The position numbers were made by a program, and so were the translations under genes. The notes below the pieces were generated by a model. That model was not told the origin of the DNA, did not search any database, and saw only the letters and a program-made list of their open reading frames with translations. Positions 51,661 to 64,000 of a DNA stretch of 64,000 bases are shown here, piece by piece. The stretch's first letter is position 1. Each line of letters begins with the position of its first letter. This DNA is from Octopus vulgaris. Its lineage: Eukaryota. The stretch spans positions 76,570,001 through 76,634,000 of the forward strand of contig OX597823.1 of the NCBI GenBank assembly GCA_951406725.2. The letters run 5' to 3'.

Positions 51661-54328
51661 AGCACAACTCAAGCAGCACACTTTCTGTATACATCACATG
51701 TTTTATCTTGGCATTTTTCTCCAGTGGTGGTATTAGCCAATAATGGTAATCTGAAATTATCTCTTCTCTTGTAAGGGTTTGGTTTCAACACAGCAAGCTT
51801 TTAAAGCACTTGGCATTGACACTGTGCGATTCTGCAGCTTGCATCAGGGAACTTCATTCCTCTAATGGACTTATTTACAGTTTTTATAGCTGACTGTGTT
51901 TGTTAAAAGAGAAACCATTATGGCAAGTGATGAGCTTCAAAACCACTTGACTAGTTCTCTGATATCTTATCGATTCCAGCAAATGAAAGTCTCGCAAATG
52001 TGAGAATAAAAAAACGAAAATAGTGTTTCTGAAACGTTTTTTTTTTTTTTTTTTTTACTTCTGTGGTTAAAATAATTTCTAAAATTGGCACAAAGAGATA
52101 TATTTTTAAATGTTAGTGGTTTAGTTAATTGAATCAAGCTCTTTATATATGACTGGTACATATTTTACCAGTGTCAAAGAAATAAAAATAGCATAAAACA
52201 TCAAAAGATTTGGAGAAGGAAAACAAATTTGGAATTTTTCACATTACTGTATGGTGATATATTGATTTGTTCTTAACCTTTTATAGGAATGAGTGAAGTT
52301 AGTTGAACTGATTGCATTATATTCCAGTTATTAATTTTTATATATTTTCTTTATTTTTTATACTCTGGTTAGCTAGGTGACAAAGATAGCATTAGTTGGA
52401 ATTGAACTTGGAATGTAAAGTACTTAAATACATTCTGTATGGAATCTTGACTGATTAGTTGCTGTTAACATATCTAACGCAAGAAACATCAAATGGTGAG
52501 GCAAAGACATTAGCTTAAAGACTAATGTTATTTGAATCTTATAAAAATAATAAAAAAAGCTGTTTCAACATCAGGTACATGTTAGAGAACAACATTCTTT
52601 TGACACAAAAGGGAGACAAATCTGAGTATGTTTCAGCTTCATTATGACCTCTTCAGAAAAGTATATAGTTCATTGTACTTGCAGATGATGTCACAGAGTA
52701 TTTAAGCTCAGTGCTTTGTTTAGCCAAGTACTTTCTACCATTTCTGTCATATCACTTCTCTAAAAGAACCATGTTTTACACTAAACAATTATCTTGCAGA
52801 GGGATATAGCCAGCTGAAGAAGCTAATGGATAACTATAATAGTGATGTATCTTTAGAATATTATTTTTATGCACCCTTTTCAAGCCTAGCCAGGCTCTTG
52901 GGCCCAGTTTCCTGGTTTCTATGGCATATGTGATCCCCACCAGCTGGATGGGATGCCAGTCTATTGCAGCATTACTCAAGAAACAGGAAGAAAGAGTGAG
53001 AGAAAGTTGTGGTGAAAGAGTACTTCAGGGGTTGCCACCACCCACTTCCAGAGCCTCGTGGAGCTTTAGGTGTTTTTGTTCAATAAACACACACAATGCT
53101 TGGTCTGGGAATCGAAACCATGATCCTCCGACCACGAGTCCACTGCCCTAATCACTGGGCCATTGCACCTCCATCTTTAGAATAGATGAAAAGGAAAGAT
53201 TTTTTTAGAAGGATTTGAACTTATAAAACGAAATGAAAGAACTAAATTCCTTCTAACTTTGGCACAAGGACAATAATTTCGAAGGGAGGGAGCAAGACAA
53301 TGACATCGACAGAAGTACATGACTGGTACTTTGTTTCATTGACCCTGAAAAGCAAAGTCAACCTAGGCAGAATTTGAACTCAGAACATGAAGAGGCAGAA
53401 GAAATATCACCAAGTATTTTGTCTGAGAGGCTAACAATTCTGCTAGCTGGCCAGCTGAGGAAAGAATCCTATATGTATACAGAGTTACTCTAATTGCCTT
53501 TTTCTTTTTGTGGTTTGAAGGTTGGGGCTGTGCCTTTTGACCTTTGGAATGCTAGATATAGTGGAGGCACATGGTGTAGTGATTAGGGCAGCGGGCTCCC
53601 GATCGAGGGATCGCGGGTTTGAATCTCAGACCAAGCAATGTGAGTGTTTATGAGCGAAACACCTAAGCTCCACACGGCTCCAGCAGAAGGTAATGGCGAA
53701 CTTCTACTGACTCTTTTGCTACAACTTTCTCTCACTCTTTCCTCCTGCATCTTGCAGCTCACCTGCGATGGACTGGCATCCCGTCCAGGTGGGGAACCTA
53801 CTCGCCAAGGAAACTGGGAAACCGACCCTTATGAGCCAGGCATGGCTCGAGAAGAAACAAACAACAAAAACAACATGCTAGATATCACTAACGTTCTTAC
53901 TCGAAATGATGCAAGAAAGGAAAAACAAGGTGTAGTAGAGATTGGAGGGTGGACACAATATGAATGAAGAGTGGAAGGGAGAAATAAGTGCTCTGGAACT
54001 GCTTGATTGGAAGAGGCATGTGGCTAACTGACTCTGAGGAATAGAAACCACTATAAGAAACGGATGAGAGAAAAGGCAGCATGCTTATGAGTCAGATGTC
54101 TTAGTGGGTGGGTGGGTGAGTGACTTCATGCAAATCAGCCAAGTGATTTTCATTATCTGATTTTTCCGATGTGTGTGTATGTGTGTGTGTGTGAGTGTGT
54201 GTATGTGTGAGTGTGTGTGTGTTTGTGTGCACATTTGTGTGAGTTTTTGTGTGTGTTTGTGTGTGAGTGTGTGTGTGTGCGTGTGTGTAAGTATGTGAGT
54301 GTGAATGTGTGAGTGTGAGTGAGTGTGA

Positions 54329-54361
<33 letters not shown>

Positions 54362-54729
54362 CACGTGCACATGTGTATGTAAGTATACAACTCCCATTTC
54401 TGATACTGCTGCACTACTTCCGTGTTACATTGTGGGCCTCACCTGATCTTTGAAAAAGTTTAATATTTCCTGGTTCTGAAGAGGAAGGCCAATTTTTGCA
54501 ATATATTCAGGACAAGTATTTGTCAGGAGAGATCATCTGAGGTGATGTATTTCAAGCTATCATAAGCTTTTTGTATATGATCATAAGGGATTTTAATATG
54601 GTGTGTGATTATATTTTCTTCATACAAATTACAATTTTTTTCCTTTACTGTTGAAGGAGACAAATTGGTTCTGACTTCATTCAAGAATATTTCCAAAAGT
54701 TCTTTTATTGTCATAAAGTTCACATAAAT

Positions 54730-55430
54730 TGTTTAGGTTGTATGTGGATGAAGCTTGTGTGTGGAAGGCCAGAGAGGAATGTTAAGTGCTATCATCTTAC
54801 CAAGTGTTGATTTTAAAATGACAACAAGGAGGTCTTTGATATATAAATAGAAAAGTATATTGAATAAAACTGAACCTTGTGACTTGCTGGAGTTTACAAA
54901 ATATGAATCATACAAAGTTCCATCAGTGAAGGAATACTATAGTACACACTGATAAGAACTAAATCACTCGTGTAAACAGAGATCGATTGAGTCCATATTT
55001 GGGTAGTTTTGACAAGAAGTTTGCATGCCACACATGGCTGAAAGCTTCCCTGACTTCAATGGCAACAAAGTTGCTTTCACCAGATTTCTAATGAGTGAAG
55101 CCCCACTAGGGAATGACACAAAAATATGGATCCCCAGTGGACTTGGCTCTATAAAAAAACCCATTCTACTGAACATCAAGGAAGTAGTGGTATTTGTGGT
55201 ATTAGGTAAAATAGGGCTGTAGTTGGCAGGATTAAAATTGTTTCTCTTCTTCAGAATGAAATTCATAGTAACATGCTTCCAAATATTGTAATACATACTT
55301 GCAGAAAGTGAGAGACAAATTCAAGAGTTTAGTAAAGATTAGAGCTAGATCTGGAGTGTGTTGCTTAAGGATAAGAGAGGAGACATCGACAGGATCAGTC
55401 ATTTAGTTGCCATAAAATAACTGGAAATAC
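54730..55430 (-). mobile_element. Decayed CR1/Jockey-group LINE RT fragment
   Basis: LKKRNNFNPANYSPI and QGSVLFNILFYLYIKDL resemble RT motifs (PxNYRPI; QGSVLSPxLFxLYINDL). Confidence 0.55.
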
Positions 55431-55442
55431 ACACTTTGTATA

Positions 55443-55491
<49 letters not shown>

Positions 55492-55716
55492 TAGAAAAAT
55501 TAAATTATATCATTGATAAAATGACAACAATTGATAAAAGGTGTTTTTTTTTCTAATTTATATATATATATATATATATTTTTGTGAAATTTGATTTAGT
55601 ATTTCTAAATTGAATTTTTCCCTGTAAGTTTGGAATAATATTCCCTCATATTATTATTATTATTTTATATATATATATATATATATGGAAGGTTTGGAGA
55701 TGATGTACAGGTATTT

Positions 55717-55993
55717 TATATTAGAAGAAATGAGGTACTCAGAAATTCGGATGGTTTTATATTTACAGATATTTATTTGTATATTACATGTTTTTATACA
55801 TCATATAACTTAGATCATGTATTAGCACTTTCTCCCATTCTAGTGGAGTTTTCAAATCAAACCCCACCAGAATGGGAGAAAGCGCTAATACATGATCTAA
55901 GTTATATGATGTATAAAAACATGTAATATACAAATAAATATCTGTAAATATAAAACCATCCGAATTTCTGAGTACCTCATTTCTTCTAATATA
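55717..55993. repeat. 135-bp-arm inverted repeat, 7-nt loop, 3 mismatches
   Basis: 55717-55851 is the reverse complement of 55859-55993 except for three positions near the loop. Confidence 0.95.
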
Positions 55994-55996
55994 TAT

Positions 55997-56195
55997 ACAT
56001 GAGCAAGTGCTGAAAACTTCCTGGCTTTAAGGGTTTTGTAAAAGACCTCATTAGAGTTCTTTTACAGGACTTAGAAAAACTGAAGCATCACTGCAACGAG
56101 TGCGTGAATCTGAGAGGGGAATATGTTGAATAAAATCATAATTAATTGATTCTCCTGTATTTTCTTTTACCCAAAGCCAGGAAATTTTCATCAAA
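55997..56195 (+). mobile_element. Mariner-derived MITE
   Basis: TIR cores tgaaaacttcctggcttt / aaagccaggaaattttca. Retains transposase end LEKLKHHCNECVNLRGEYVE*. Confidence 0.7.
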
Positions 56196-56199
56196 TAGG

Positions 56200-58030
56200 G
56201 TTGATATTGGCCTTATAGATAGGTATTGCTAGAAGAATGAAAACAATGAGTTTCTTAGTTGCTTCAAATCAACATATTTTTAATTAGATCATTAATAATA
56301 CAATCCCAGTTGACAATGACATAAAACTGATGTCTGAATTAAGGATTCTGCTTGTGCTTGTTTCAGAATCTTTTACTAGGCTTTCAGCAAACATTTCTCA
56401 TCAAATATTTCTTTTGCATTCTCTTCCTTTCTTGTCGTTTAATTTCAGTTTGCAGACAGGTGACAACATCTTTTGATTTGGTGAGCAAAAGGATAAAATT
56501 GATGTCATAGTTTTCTGCAAATTTCCAGTTAGCATTTCATTAGTGTCCACACCAATATCTACATTGGCATCTCTTGGTTGTGATATCATGTCACAGATAT
56601 TAATAGGAGAAAGAATGTTGAACCATATGGACAACATCAGTTTGTATCTAATAGGGAACATGTGTTTAATAGTTTCAGTGACTCCACTTCTGGTCCTTTT
56701 TATCAGATAAATTTTCAAGCATATTCTGCTGGGATAGTTCAATTATCTGATATTTGATATGTTGGGAAATCATTAAAATCAGAAAAATTTGCCATTTTAG
56801 AAGCTAAGCAAAGATATTGATACTCTCAACAGTTCTGAAAAAGTAGCTGCTTCAATGCAGTATTTTGCTGAATCTGTGCCACACAAATTTTCTTGCCATT
56901 CCTATGGCAAAATAATACCAAGATGACAATCACAAGGTAAAAATCCCATGTAATTCCCTCTACTTCGTTGCCACATTGTTGCCATTGTTATTGGCTTCTG
57001 CCATCTTCTCTGGGAATGTTTTGATGGACATATTCTCTGAAAGACATTTTTATTCAATGATTCCTTCATAAGGCTTGCAATGTCAGAACCTGCTTTCTCA
57101 AAAACAGTCTTCAAAAGATAAAAAAAAATTCTCCTTGAATCTTAAACTCACAAGCTTTCCTTTGACAATCACAAGGTAAAAATCCCATGTAATTCCCTCT
57201 ACTTCGTTGCCACATTGTTGCCATTGTTATTGGCTTCTGCCATCTTCTCTGGGAATGTTTTGATGGACATATTCTCTGAAAGACATTTTTATTCAATGAT
57301 TCCTTCATAAGGCTTGCAATGTCAGAACCTGCTTTCTCAAAAACAGTCTTCAAAAGATAAAAAAAAATTCTCCTTGAATCTTAAACTCACAAGCTTTCCT
57401 TTGAAGATAAACTTTGTCTATTCGACACGTGCAGAGTAGGGTGTTGCCTAAGCTATTATTCAAAAGTATTCTGCCTTTGATCTTCTAGAGAGTATGTGTA
57501 TCAAAAGGAGACAAGAGCAAACAGAAATACATTCATCTTGTGATTCAGATGACAAATAATGTATTTGCAACCTTTCTCCTTTTTCCTGGCTTTCTTCGAC
57601 CTTCCTGACATAGGTTTCATGTATGAGATCACAATATGATAAAGTTCAACCAGCCTAAGGAAGTTACCGTTCTGAACATCAGTAATCAGGTGAGAGATAC
57701 TACGAAGTGTTAACCCTGTTCTGCCCCAAATAATATAATGTCAATTGGTGTAAAATATTAGTCCAGTTTGCTTCCTCGACTAAAATTTATTTATACAGAA
57801 TCTATTTCATGCAAATGAATGAATTTTGTTCAAGCTCTCACCATGATGCATTATTCAATTTAAGCTGGTTACTATTTTCATGCTCAAGCAATTCTATCAC
57901 ATAATTTACTCCATATTTCTTTTGTAGACTATCCATTTTCACTTATCAATGCATATGTATTAAGTCTACCTTTTCCAAAGAATCAATATGGTAAACAAAA
58001 TATGGCTTGTTTCTTGATACTTTACACTAC
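56200..58030 (-). pseudogene. Decayed hAT-superfamily transposase (ZMYM1-like/DUF4371 type)
   Basis: DVQNGNFLRLVEL/..YVRKVEESQEKGERLQIHYLSSESQDECIS; AEYF*IIA*ATPYSARVE; KAGSDIASLMKESL; NLCGTDSAKYCIEAATF; LSIWFNILSPIN. Many stops and frameshifts. Confidence 0.75.
56924..57401. repeat. Exact 239-bp tandem duplication
   Basis: 56924-57162 = 57163-57401, with TGA microhomology at the junction. Confidence 0.95.
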
Positions 58031-58109
58031 TAAATCACTTACAGAATTTCACTGTTGAGTTTTCTGTATTTAAGGATACGATCTGACAAATATTGAAGCT
58101 AACAGTGAA

Positions 58110-58520
58110 ATTTAATTTGAAGGAACCGTACATGGAAGAAGTAGAAGTGTTAACAAAAGAGATAGAGCGCAGCACAGGCCCAAATGAAGCAACTCCAGTG
58201 GCCTGGTCTGGAGACAAGAGAGGAGATCAGAAGATGGGAATGTGCTGAAGAAGTAGACATACTCAAAGAGAAGAAAAGAAATCAACCAATTTTGCATCAT
58301 CTCTTTTCTCAGTGTTGTGTTCAAAGAGTCTCTCCAAATTCTTGCTGAATAAGGATCATGTCAAAATGTCAGTCCAGAAGGGAAGTATACCAGGAGTCCT
58401 TGAACACACAGGTATGGAGACCTAACTCATCAGGGATGCAAAAAATGAGAATAAACTTGACTGTACAATCACTGGATGTGATCAATTCCTACAGCTAAAT
58501 CTCACACAGTCACTCTTGTG
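58110..58520 (+). mobile_element. Hero/R2-group non-LTR RT fragment, decayed
   Basis: WECAEEVDILKEK../EINQFCIISFLSV..KFLLNKDHVKMSVQKGSIPGVLEHTGMET*LIRDAK..LDVINSY matches the Hero-type QKGGIPGxxGCLEHT motif. Confidence 0.65.
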
Positions 58521-58626
58521 CCTATTAATAATTGTTTTATAATTTTCACCTTAAAAGGTATTTTAATATGCTGGCCACTGATTTTTTATCCCTATATAAG
58601 AAGTATATATAAATAAATAAATATGA

Positions 58627-58661
<35 letters not shown>

Positions 58662-59186
58662 CACAATCTACTTTCTATTTTCCATCTGCATAGCAGAAGG
58701 CACTTGCTCAAGGTACCGTGCAGTGGGAGTGAACCAGGAACCATGTAGTTTGGAAACGAACTTCATACCACACAGCCACACTAGCACCTAGCACAAAAAT
58801 AAATATATGAAAGAAACAAAAAGACATGTCTCTAACTTTCAATCAAATATTACTTGGCAATATGTTCCATGTGTTTGCTAACTGTTTTGTGTGCCTTTCT
58901 AAGTTTTGAGCAGACACAGAGACTATGTCATTCATCCTAACCTTTTGACTCTGCTGAATATCTAGGACATGTGAGAAGTGGTGGGTGAGGTGGCTGTATG
59001 GTCCCAGGGGTTGGTATTCACACTGAAACAGTGTGAAACAATGTGCTTCGCTCAAAGAGCACCTAGTCCATCAAAGAATTGGACTAGTGACCTTACAAGC
59101 ATTAGAGCAGAACCTTAAGTACTAGGTCATGTGTTTTCTTAAGAAGAAAAAAATAGTATAAAATAGCAATAAATAAATAACAAAAT

Positions 59187-59500
59187 TTAATGATGATGAT
59201 GATGATGATGATGGTGATGCTGATACTGACAATGATGATGATGATGATGATAATTATGGTGGTGGTGGTGATGATGACAGCGATGATGGTGATGGTAATG
59301 GTGATGATGAAGACTACAACGATAATGATGACGATGGTGGTGGTAGTGGTGATGTGCTGATGATAATGATGATGATGATGAGGATGATAGTGACGATGGG
59401 TGATGTGAACAGTGGTGGTTACAGTGATGGTGATGACGATGACTACAACGATGGTGACGATGACGACGATGACGATGATGATAATGATGTTGATGATAAT
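59187..59500. repeat. Compound (GAT/GGT/GAC)n microsatellite
   Basis: Direct reading. Confidence 0.9.
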
Positions 59501-59526
59501 CACTAAAAAAAGGGTTTGCTAGTCAG

Positions 59527-60010
59527 TTTCTTATTTCTTTACTGCCCACAAGGGGCTACACACAGAGGGGACAAACACGGACAGACAAATGGATTAAGTC
59601 GATTATATCGACTCCAGTGCATCACTGGTACTTATTTAATCAACCCCGAAATGATGAAAGGCAAAGTCAACCTCGGCGGAATTTGAACTTAGAATGGAGC
59701 GACAGACAAAATACCACTAAGCATTTCACCCAACGTACTAACGTTTCTGCCACCTCGCCACCCAAGCAGGAATTCTTATTTCTTTATTGCCCACAAGGGA
59801 CTAAACATAGAGGGGACAAACAAGGACAGACAAAGGGATTAAGTTGATTACATCGACCCCAGTGCATAACTGGTACTTAATTTATCGACCCCGAAAAGAT
59901 GAACGACAAAGTCGACCTCGGCGGAATTTGAACTCAGAACGTAGTGGCAGACGAAATACCGCTAAGCATTTCGCCCGGCATGCTAACGTTTTTGCCAGCT
60001 CGCCGCCTTA
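59527..60010 (-). mobile_element. Tandem pair of family B SINEs
   Basis: Two full units, ~59527-59765 and ~59773-60010. Confidence 0.85.
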
Positions 60011-61431
60011 GCAGAAATTCTGTAAAGCAAGAACACTAACGCTACATTCCCACCTCTTCCCTTTATGCTTAATGATATCTCATTGATTAGAAACAGAGTC
60101 TAGCAAGAAGAACAAATATTCAGTATTTGATTGGCCTCATATTTCATCTATGTGCCAAATAATAAATATTTTAAGAGTTCCCTGATGGGTATTTCTTCTT
60201 TTTTTCTCCAATTTTTTTTCTTGTATTTGTTTTGTATTATTTGTTTTATGGAAACATGAAAAGAAAAGATAAATATTTATTTCTTGATTGCATACACTAG
60301 TGTAATTACTTAACTATTAATGATCAGAGGTATTCATTAATGACTGATCGACCCTATGGAATATAGGGTCCAATTAGAGCTTGTGACATCATGTTAAATA
60401 ACTCTCACCCGGAATTAAAGCTGGGTACCAAACAAGCTGACAAGGAAGCCTGTATCTGGTAGCCAAATCTCGAACCAGTAAGGGAGTCAGAGCCTCAGCA
60501 TGGTTACTTGACTTGCAAGTCACAATAGCCATATCTTCCAAGAATCATGGAATAACAATCTATTATCTTTAAAAATAGAGAAAGCCACTATCACCATCAT
60601 CATTACCACCAACAACACCACCATCAACATCTTTAATGTCCATTTTCCATGCTAGCGAGATGGAGAATTGCACACCATCATCACCACCATCACCACCATC
60701 ATCACCTTTTAATGTTCATTTTCCATGCTGGCGAGCTGGAGATTTGCACCAGGTTCCAACTGCTGGATACCCTTTCTAATGCCAATCACTTTATTGTGTG
60801 TGCTGGTCATGGTTGGAACATGTTTGACCTAGGTCTGTTTTATCAGAAGTGACCTGGGGTTACACAGCAGCAGTGCTTGAATGACAATTTCTGGGAAGTT
60901 ATAAAAAAATTAATATTATTTGTATTATTAAGGCACAGCAGTGGCTGCATGGTAAGTAGCTCACTTCCCAACCACACGGTCCCTCTAGGTGGTTTGCTTG
61001 ACTTACAAGAAATAACAGTCAAATTTTCTCTCAAGTCACGTTTTACCATTTTAAAAGAAACATGGAATGAAATGTAGTTTAATGTATTATCTTACTTCTC
61101 TTCCTATTTCTGACTATTATTGTCATAATCATCATCACCACCACCACCACCACCACCACCATCATCATCACCATCACCATCGCCATCGTCATCATCATCA
61201 ACATTTTACATTGTTGTTTCCATGCTGGCATGGGTTGAAGCAGTATTTTATAATCTTTTATTACCCTACTCATTTCGGTCATGTGGCTACGGTCATGCTG
61301 GAGCACCACCATGTAGGTTGGGTACCCTTTCTATCAATAATCTGTTTAGTGACCTCTTGTAACATGCAGGGACACAGTGACTCTTTTCTAAAACAATGAC
61401 ACATACAGTGAATTTGAGACACAATAGACAT

Positions 61432-62170
61432 AGGCATGGCAGTGTGGTAAGACGATTGCTTCCCATCCACATAGTTCTGGGTTCAGTCCCACTGCATGAC
61501 ACCTTGGGCATGTATCTTCTGCTATAGCCTCAGGCCAACCAAAGCCTTGTGATTGAATTTAGCAGACAGAAATTGCCCATCACGCACCTGAATGTACGCA
61601 TGTGCATGTGTTTGTGTGTGTGTCTATGTGTTTGTCTTACACCATTGCTTGATAACCCGTGTTGGTGTGTTTACATCTCTGCAACTTAGCAAAACAGAAG
61701 AGACCAGGCTCAACACAAATACAAAAACAAAACAAAAAACGAATATTGGCATAGGAGTGGCTGTGTGGTAAGTAGCTTGCTTACAAACCATATGGTTCCA
61801 GGTTCTTTCCCACTGCGTGGCACCTTGGGCAAGTGTCTTCTACTATAGCCTTAGGCTGACCAAAGCCTTGTGAGTGGATTTGGTAGATGGAAACTGAAAG
61901 AAGCCCGTCGTATATATGTATATATATATATATGTGTGTGTGTGTGTCTATGTTTGTGTGTTTGTGTTTCTTCCCCCAACATCGCTTGACAACTGATGAT
62001 GGTGTGTTTATGTTCCCGTAACTTAGCAGTTCGGCAAAAGAGACAGATAGAAATAAGTGCTAAGCTTACAAAGCATAAGTCCTGGAGTCGATATTCTCAA
62101 CTAAAAGGCGGTGCTTCAGCATGGCCACAGTCAAATGACTGAAACAAGTAAAAGAGTTAAAGAGTAAAAG
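61432..62170 (+). mobile_element. Two co-oriented family A SINEs (61432-61700, 61748-62170)
   Basis: Family consensus. Confidence 0.8.
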
Positions 62171-63062
62171 TGTATTGGGGTCGATTCATTTGACTATAAT
62201 TCTTGAAGGTGGTGCTGCCACGTGGCCACAGTTTAACGACGCCCTGAAACAAATGTAAGGTAAAAGATATATCCGACGGCAAAAGGAAGAACTAAACAGC
62301 TTTCAATCATAACTTTACTCGACCAGGGAGTTGACCCGTGGTTAAACAACAACAAGTGAGTGAGTGAACTGCGACAATGTTGAATGATGTGTCCTACTCT
62401 GCACCATCACAAAGCATCTGTGATAGATTGCAAATCGCTGACTTCATTAAGAGATAGTCTGCTTGTGACCAAAATTCTTTGTTTTTACTTGCGACATCAC
62501 ATTTTATTTCAACAGTTTTGCAAGCCTTGAGGTTTCACAAATATTTGATAATCCACCTTTTTGTACTTTTTCATTGAAACTGATTTCATCTGATTGATTC
62601 TTTGATTCATTGATTCGCTGATTTGGTCATTGATTCATTGATCAAAGCTCTTGATCTCTGTTTAGTTCTTTGTTCTCTTCTTATTGATATTTTCGCCTCC
62701 CTTCTTTATCCTTTTTCCTTTACGCCATCTCTCCCACCAATTGCATTACTACCACCATCACCACCATCACCACCACCGCCATCATTAACACCACCACCAC
62801 CATTAACACCACTAACACTAACACCACAATTGTCAATAACTATAATGACCAGCTAATGAAGCCGTCTTTATGTGGTAGATCAACCAGCTAGAAATAGCAG
62901 CCAAACCGGTTTTGCTTAACAATTTAGCGATTAAACCAGTCATATCTGGCCTAAATGTTCTACTTGTTTTATATTCGAACCGACCAGATCTGGCCTCTCA
63001 TACTTATCCAACAATGTTGCTCTAAAAATATACCAATATAGTTTTCCATTCCCATTTCCCAT

Positions 63063-63930
63063 AGGCACAGGAGTCACAGTATTGTAAGTAGCTTGCTTAC
63101 CAACCACATGGTTCTGGGTTCAGTCCCACTGTGTGGCCCCTTGGGCAAGTGTCTTCTACTATAGCCTCGGGCCAACCAAAGCCTTGTGAGTGAATTTGGT
63201 AGACTGAAACTGAAAGAAGCCCATCATATATATGTATATATGTATATATATGTGTGTGTGTGTGTTTGTCCCCCCTCCCAACATTACTTGACAACTGATG
63301 CTGTTGTGTTTACATCCCCATAACTTAGTGGTTCGGCAAAAGAGACCGATAGAATAAGTACTCGGCTTACAGAGAATCAGTCCTGGGATCGATTTGCTCG
63401 ACTAAAGGCAGTGCTCCAGCATGGCCGCAGTCAAATGACTGAAACAAGTAAAGGAGCAAAGGAGTAAAGAGTATATCACTGAAGACCCAAAATTATGAAA
63501 TATCTTTTATTTCAGTCATTAGACTGTGGCCATGCTGGTGCACCGTCTTGCAGAATTTTTAGTCAAATGTATTTACTTACTTTTTTTTTATGACTCTGGT
63601 ATTTTTCTATCAGTCTCTTTTGCCGAACTGCTAAATTACCAGAATGTAAACACACTTGCACCAGTTGTCAAGTGATGGTGGTGGTGGTGGAGGGACAAAC
63701 ACAGACACAAAAGCGCGCGCACACACACACACACATATGCACACACACACGTACATATATGTACATTTATACATATATACAATAGGCTTCTTTCAGTTTC
63801 TGTCTACCAAATCCACTCACAAGGCTTTGGTTGGCCCGAAGCTATTGTAGAAGGTGCTTCACAGTAGGACTGAACCTGGAACCATGTGGCTGGTAAGCAA
63901 GCTTCTTACAGCATAGCCATGCCTGCCCCT
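63063..63930. mobile_element. Tail-to-tail family A SINE pair (63063-63473 plus, 63505-63930 minus)
   Basis: Family consensus in opposite orientations, ~30 bp apart. Confidence 0.85.
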
Positions 63931-64000
63931 ATGATAATGCACAGTTAATTCAAAACAATATGTCTTGCAAACAACTTGCACATGCAAGTGCTACCAGTTA

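Noticed and set aside
51890-52000. Possible plus-strand exon with ATG (MASDELQNHLTSSLISYRFQQMKVSQ)
   Set aside because: Weak donor, no homology recognised and no downstream exon found.

Overview
Very AT-rich, microsatellite-dense animal genomic DNA. The repeat families resemble those of octopus (coleoid cephalopod) genomes; this is pattern recognition, not a database hit. It reads as intronic/intergenic sequence, and nearly all ORF-track entries are microsatellite or SINE translations. Contents: dozens of tRNA-derived SINE copies (at least 3 families plus RTE-type 3' tails); decayed LINE fragments (RTE, R4/Dong, Hero-like, CR1/Jockey-like); Penelope-like element (PLE) remnants; DNA transposon relics (mariner, hAT, Helitron, Helentron/HINE); a degenerate U6 snRNA copy with a TATA at about -30; a degenerate intron-containing tRNA-Leu; and two phase-compatible minus-strand exons (2603-2700, 1738-1804) that may end an unidentified host gene. 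The most notable observations are (1) a foldback element with ~320-bp arms carrying the intron-containing tRNA gene at its centre and (2) several unrelated small repeats with minimal hammerhead ribozyme motifs. One of these is a PLE 3' module combining a tRNA-like Pol III promoter with a hammerhead, also present as a head-to-head palindrome. Coordinates were read by eye, and repeat boundaries are approximate.
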